DNA of 64,000 nucleotides from an uncultured Roseicyclus sp. (GTDB lineage Bacteria; Pseudomonadota; Alphaproteobacteria; Rhodobacterales; Rhodobacteraceae): assembly GCA_947494975.1 (NCBI GenBank), contig CANLXA010000004.1, positions 341,001 to 405,000 of the forward strand, written 5' to 3'. Position numbers and translations under genes: made by a program. The notes under the pieces were generated by a model. That model made no database searches. It saw only the letters and a list, made by a program, of their open reading frames with translations, and was not told the DNA's origin. How positions within the stretch are numbered: position 1 is the first letter of the stretch; every line of letters begins with the position of its first letter. Shown here one piece after another: positions 59,437-64,000 of the stretch.

Positions 59437-60324
59437 TCACCCGGGCAGAAGGAACGACAGTGTGATCGGCAGCGCCGCGATGGCCAGAAGCGTGGAGACG
59501 ACGACAAGGCCCGCAACCGCCTCGGCCTCGGCCTGGTAGCGCTCGGCCAGCAGGTAGGAGGTGACGCCAACCGGCGTGACGAGTTGCAGGATCAGCACGC
59601 TGAGCGCCAGCTGGTCGAGGCCGAGCGCCAGTCCCACGGCGAGGCCGACGCTCAGGCCGATGGTCAGCTTTATCACCGATAACCCCAGGGCGGGCAGGGC
59701 GCGTTCGGGCTTCAGACGGGCGACTGCGGCACCAAGCGTCAGCAACATCAAGGGAATGCCAAGCTGCCCCATCAGGCCGATGCCGGTCATCGCCACCTCC
59801 GGCGGCGTCCAGCCAAGGGCGAGGCAGGCGACGCCAAGAACGGAGGCCCAGACCATCGGTTCTTTCAGGACCCGGGCGGGGTTCTGCACACCCGCGACCA
59901 TCCACAGACCCAGCGTGAACATGATGATCGCCATCACCGCGAAGACGACGATGGCAAGTCCAAGGCCGGTCTCGCCGAAGGCGAAGAGCGCCAGCGGCAG
60001 GCCCAGATTGCCGGTATTGCCGAAGGTCAACGGGGCAAGATAGCCGCGCAGGTTCAACCCCAAGCTCCGAACGATGCCCCAGGTGATAAGTGCGACGAGG
60101 CCATAGGCGATGGCGGCGGCAAGGCTCAGGCTCGCCAGGGCCGCGGGCGCGATCTCGGCCTGCACCAGCGTCGCGAAGATCAGGCAGGGCACGGCATAGG
60201 TCATGGCCAGCCGGGTGACGAATTCCGTCGGGTAGTCGTGCCCGAACCGCACCCAGGCAAACCCGGCCGCGCCCAGGAAAAACACCGGCGCGGTGATCTC
60301 GAGCACTGTCAGGGTCAGGTTCAC
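59437..60324 (-). CDS. AEC (auxin efflux carrier) family transporter
   Basis: About 10 TM segments, FGNTGNLGLPL and IPLML.TLG motifs; probable GTG start. Confidence 0.9.
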   Translation of the reverse strand: MNLTLTVLEITAPVFFLGAAGFAWVRFGHDYPTEFVTRLAMTYAVPCLIFATLVQAEIAPAALASLSLAAAIAYGLVALITWGIVRSLGLNLRGYLAPLTFGNTGNLGLPLALFAFGETGLGLAIVVFAVMAIIMFTLGLWMVAGVQNPARVLKEPMVWASVLGVACLALGWTPPEVAMTGIGLMGQLGIPLMLLTLGAAVARLKPERALPALGLSVIKLTIGLSVGLAVGLALGLDQLALSVLILQLVTPVGVTSYLLAERYQAEAEAVAGLVVVSTLLAIAALPITLSFLLPG

Positions 60325-60411
60325 AGACTGTTTCCCTTGAAATCGGCCCGCCAGCATGGACAAACCGGGGCTGCCTTCGGTAACAAATATCTGGGAACCC
60401 AGGGGCTAGCC

Positions 60412-60738
60412 ATGCTTGAGACTCACGCCAAATACAATATCGGACAGGTTGTGCGGCACCGCAAACACCCGTTTCGGGGGGTTGTCTTTGATATCGATCC
60501 GGAGTTCTCGAACACCGACGAATGGTATGACGCGATCCCCGAAGAGGCGCGCCCTCGCAAGGAGCAGCCGTTCTACCACCTGTTGGCGGAGAACGATCAG
60601 ACCTATTACGTGGCCTATGTATCGGAGCAGAACCTTGTTCCCGACTATACCGGCGAGCCGGTGAGCCACCCTGATCTGCCGGACCTGTTCGGCGAGTTTC
60701 AGGACGGGTATTACCCGTTGGAATATCAGCTGAACTAG
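60412..60738 (+). CDS. hspQ: Heat-shock protein HspQ (YccV family)
   Basis: KYNIGQVVRHR..PFRGVVFDIDP, QPFYHLLAEN, YVSEQNL motifs. Confidence 0.93.
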   Translation: MLETHAKYNIGQVVRHRKHPFRGVVFDIDPEFSNTDEWYDAIPEEARPRKEQPFYHLLAENDQTYYVAYVSEQNLVPDYTGEPVSHPDLPDLFGEFQDGYYPLEYQLN

Positions 60739-60787
60739 GGGCGTGCCTGGCCGGGGCCGGGCCGGGGCTGGGGCCGGTTGCGGTGCC

Positions 60788-61402
60788 TTAGCCGAGCGTA
60801 CGCAGGTGCTGCGTAAGTGCGTCGATATTGCCACCGCGCGCTTCCAGCATCGCGCCGATTTCCGTGCGTTCCGAGATCATCAGGTTCACACCCGCGATGA
60901 TCAGGTTGAAGAAGAGCGGTCGCCCCGACCCGTCCGAGACCAGCCAGCGCAGCTCGAACGGCGCCTCGTTGCGCATGTTGACGGTGGTGATGACCTCGAA
61001 GAACGACCGCACCGGGCGCGCATCGTTCACGGCGATGGAGCCGCCGATGAATTCACGGAACCGACGGCCGTATTTGGCCGAGAAGTAATCCTGAAACGCC
61101 TCGGTGAAGGCGCGCATCTGGGCGCGCGACGCGGAGCGTGCGGGCGGCCCGAGGACCGAGCGCGCGATGGTCGGCACATCGGCATAGGTGCGGAAAATGC
61201 GCTCCATTTCCGGCAGGACAACCGCCTCCGATCCGCCGGCCCCGATCACCCGGTTCACATCCGCCACGGCGGCCTCGACGAGGGCGCGGGCCTGCCCCGC
61301 GGTCAGGGCCTGGGCCGGGCGCGGCAGGAACGGGAGCGTGGCGCCCGCGAGCAGGGATGACAGAACGGCGCGGCGGCGGAAGCTGAGGAGGTTATTGCAC
61401 AT
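60788..61402 (-). CDS. mlaC: MlaC/Ttg2D phospholipid-binding protein
   Basis: RRR signal region, ADVPTIARSVLG, IIAGVNLMISER.E motifs; adjacent to mlaA. Confidence 0.85.
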   Translation of the reverse strand: MCNNLLSFRRRAVLSSLLAGATLPFLPRPAQALTAGQARALVEAAVADVNRVIGAGGSEAVVLPEMERIFRTYADVPTIARSVLGPPARSASRAQMRAFTEAFQDYFSAKYGRRFREFIGGSIAVNDARPVRSFFEVITTVNMRNEAPFELRWLVSDGSGRPLFFNLIIAGVNLMISERTEIGAMLEARGGNIDALTQHLRTLG

Positions 61403-62231
61403 AGGGATCAAAATACGGGTCCGAGTAAGGGTCATAATTCGGGTCTGCGGCAACGGCGGCGGCGGCCGCCGCCGGATCTTCGTTGGCATAGGGATCTTCA
61501 TATGCCAGGTCCGCACCCCCCAGTTCAAAACGGCGCTGCTGCAGGTAGAGCGAGCGGAGCTGCGCGTAGCTGTCAGCGCTTTCGTACAGGATGGAATCGA
61601 TGGTTGTATCGAATTGATACCGTGAATCGAGCCCCGATGCGACGCTTGTTGCCATCAGATACGTGCTTTCCGGCGTATCGACGAGGTGACGGATCGGATT
61701 TAGGGCGAAATCCACCACCATCCCGACCGTATCGCGCGTGGTGGAAGGGCCAAGCACGGGATGAACCACATAGTCGCCCTCGCCGAAGCCGTAGATATGC
61801 ATCGTCTCGCCGAAATCGGTCGGCTCTTCGGGGATCCCCATGGCGCTGGCCGGGTCCAGCAGGCCGCCAAGCCCGATGGTGGTGTTGATGGCGAACCGCA
61901 GCGTGTTCTGCGCCGCATCGCCCAGCCGCAATTGCAGCAGGTTGTTGAGCACATGGCTCGGCTGGCTCAGGTTCGACGCGAAATTGGAGACACCCTGGCG
62001 CACGGGTTCGGGAATACTGTTGCCATAGGCATCCGAGGACGGGCCAAGCACGGCGCGATCCAGCGCGAGGTTGAATTCGTGGGCGGCGCGGTTGCGCGTC
62101 TCGTGCTCATCGGCGATCTGGTCGCCCGGCGGCAGCGTGGCCGGGCCACAGGCCACAAGCGTCAGAACCACGCCAATTGTACCGAGGTGTCGTATCGTCC
62201 GTCCGACTGGCAGCGTCGTGTGAGCGTGCAA
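61392..62231 (-). CDS. mlaA: MlaA/VacJ lipoprotein
   Basis: Lipobox LVAC, RFAINTTIGLGGL.DPA, DFGET, P.LGPSTTRD; probable TTG start with RBS GAGGGG. Confidence 0.92.
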   Translation of the reverse strand: MHAHTTLPVGRTIRHLGTIGVVLTLVACGPATLPPGDQIADEHETRNRAAHEFNLALDRAVLGPSSDAYGNSIPEPVRQGVSNFASNLSQPSHVLNNLLQLRLGDAAQNTLRFAINTTIGLGGLLDPASAMGIPEEPTDFGETMHIYGFGEGDYVVHPVLGPSTTRDTVGMVVDFALNPIRHLVDTPESTYLMATSVASGLDSRYQFDTTIDSILYESADSYAQLRSLYLQQRRFELGGADLAYEDPYANEDPAAAAAAVAADPNYDPYSDPYFDPYVQ

Positions 62232-62392
62232 TTCAATCCCCTCGCGTCTGGCCGATTTGCAACATGTTGGCCGCGGAACTCTTTCGAAAGAGTATCGTGC
62301 AACTATGCAGGGCGGCACCCCCTTGCTACTTCGTCTGCGCAGCTTGAGAGTGTCAAGACGTGCACCGTTCACAACCGCGCGCCGGAGGGCAT

Positions 62393-64000
62393 TTGGCGAA
62401 GATGAGCCGACAACGCCGACCCCACCTGGATGAGCTGGCCGAGTTCCGGCGGCGCAATGCGTGGATCCTCTGGTCCGTTCTGCTGTTCTCGATGTTCGTC
62501 AACGTCCTGATGATGACCGGGCCGCTCTACATGCTGCAAGTGTATGAGCGCGTCCTGGGCTCGGGCAGTGAAGAGACGTTGCTGGCCCTGTCGATCCTTG
62601 TGGTGTTCCTGTTCGCGATGATGGGAATCCTTGATTTTGCACGCGCCCGGCTGGCGGCGCGATACGGCGCCCGCTTGCAAGAGGCGTTCGATGCCCGCGT
62701 GTTCCGGGCCGCCATGGCGCGCGCGCAACGCACCGGTCAGGCGCAGACGGCGCTGGGTGATCTGGCCTCGGTTCAGCGGCTCACATCCTCCCCCGTCTTC
62801 ATGGCGATCTTCGATCTGCCCTTCACGCCGCTGTTCATTCTGGCGATCTTCACCTTCCATGCCTGGCTTGGCTGGATGGCCGTCGGTGGCGCCATCCTGC
62901 TCATCATCGTGACGTTTCTGAACCGCGCTCGGACCGCCTTGCCCCTCACCGAAGCGGCGGAAACCAGCCGAATGGCCGACCGGATGGCCGGTGAGATGCA
63001 GTCGGAGGCGGAAATCATCCGATCGCTGGGGATGCAGGGCGCCGCCTTCAACCGGTGGCACCGCCAGCGCGAACAGGCACTTGATCTGTCGATGCGCGCG
63101 GCCGACCGGGTGGGCGGCTATTCGACCCTGTCGAAATCACTGCGCATGTTCTTGCAATCGGCGATCCTTGGCCTTGCGGCCTATCTGGTGTTGCAGGGCG
63201 ACTTGCGCGCTGGTGCGATGATCGCGGGCTCGATCCTCATGGGCCGCGCTTTGGCGCCGATCGATCTGGCGATCGGCCAATGGTCGATGATTTCAGAGGC
63301 GTTGCGCGGCTGGGGCCGGCTGCGCACGCTGTTGAAGGATGAGGTGGAGGAACCCGAGCGCCTGAGCCTGCCGCGCCCGGCGGCTGCGCTCGAGGTTGCC
63401 GGCCTGACGGTGGCGCCCCCGGGCGAAAGCAAGCCGTCCCTGCGCGGTGTGTCGTTCCGGCTGGAGCCCGGCGAAGCCATCGGCGTAATCGGGCCCTCGG
63501 GGTCAGGCAAATCCACATTGGCCCGCGCCGTCACCGGCGTCTGGCCGCCGGGGGGCGGATCGATCCGCCTGGATCGCGCCACGCTCGATCAATACGATCC
63601 CGACACGTTGGGCAAGCTGATCGGATACCTGCCGCAATCCGTGACCCTGTTCGATGGCACGGTGGCGGAAAACATCGCCCGCCTCGATCCCGCGCCCGAC
63701 GGGTCCGCCGTGACAGCGGCCGCCACCGCGGCGGCGGCTGATACGATGATCCGGGCCCTGCCTGACGGCTACGATACGCAGGTGTCCGGCCTTGGCCCGC
63801 GTCTGTCGGGCGGGCAGATCCAGCGGGTCGGTCTGGCCCGCGCGCTCTATGGCGATCCGGTCCTGCTGGTGCTGGATGAGCCGAACTCGGCGCTCGACCA
63901 CGAAGGGTCGGAGGCGTTGAACCGCGCCGTCGAGGGCATGAAGAAGCGGGGCCTTGGGGTGTTGATCATGGCGCATCGTCCAAACGCGATCCAGCAATGC
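62393..64000 (+). CDS. Type I secretion system permease/ATPase (PrtD family), truncated at the window edge
   Basis: Manual translation: FSMFVNVLMMTGPLYMLQVYERVL, Walker A GPSGSGKST (63491-63517), LSGGQ and LVLDEPNSALD; start is TTG 62393 or ATG 62402. Confidence 0.93.
   Translation, partial: MAKMSRQRRPHLDELAEFRRRNAWILWSVLLFSMFVNVLMMTGPLYMLQVYERVLGSGSEETLLALSILVVFLFAMMGILDFARARLAARYGARLQEAFDARVFRAAMARAQRTGQAQTALGDLASVQRLTSSPVFMAIFDLPFTPLFILAIFTFHAWLGWMAVGGAILLIIVTFLNRARTALPLTEAAETSRMADRMAGEMQSEAEIIRSLGMQGAAFNRWHRQREQALDLSMRAADRVGGYSTLSKSLRMFLQSAILGLAAYLVLQGDLRAGAMIAGSILMGRALAPIDLAIGQWSMISEALRGWGRLRTLLKDEVEEPERLSLPRPAAALEVAGLTVAPPGESKPSLRGVSFRLEPGEAIGVIGPSGSGKSTLARAVTGVWPPGGGSIRLDRATLDQYDPDTLGKLIGYLPQSVTLFDGTVAENIARLDPAPDGSAVTAAATAAAADTMIRALPDGYDTQVSGLGPRLSGGQIQRVGLARALYGDPVLLVLDEPNSALDHEGSEALNRAVEGMKKRGLGVLIMAHRPNAIQQC

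Noticed and set aside
62393-64000. Idea that the PrtD-like T1SS and the RTX protease at 1-2777 form one locus
   Set aside because: They are about 60 kb apart with core genes in between; a substrate relationship is possible but nothing in the sequence supports it.

Overview
A 64-kb, high-GC chromosomal segment of a Rhodobacteraceae/Roseobacter-group alphaproteobacterium (lineage inferred from gene content and order). It is mostly core housekeeping and envelope genes: gpmI-envC-ctpA-rppH, rnhB-ccrM, alkB, mutY, DUF721-dsbA, pmbA-cysQ-like-DUF4170-waaA-lpxK, leuS-lptE-holA-gst, porin-yggS, ribA, an OmpR-family regulator, xth, cnoX-LON_N-Trm112, ubiH-like, amidase-aminotransferase-ftsK, lolA, hspQ and mlaA-mlaC. 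A truncated serralysin-like RTX protease lies at the left edge and a truncated type I secretion ATPase at the right edge. I found no rRNA, tRNA, CRISPR array, transposase or integrase. The strongest candidate for an undescribed system is at 8.3-9.9 kb: a NO66/RoxA-like JmjC oxygenase divergently paired with a 97-aa Tat-exported peptide carrying a duplicated 17-aa core, which resembles a RiPP-like peptide-modification pair. Other notable items are a second secreted repeat micro-peptide (22.6 kb), tandem anti-Shine-Dalgarno sRNA units behind the response regulator (41.1-41.3 kb), three palindromic operator-like sites beside a membrane-anchored winged-helix regulator (12.0-12.3 kb), a two-gene cassette-like islet between ftsK and lolA, a tandem paralogous membrane-protein pair, and DnaA-box/GANTC sites at ccrM. 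All family assignments come from motif recognition; no database search was run.
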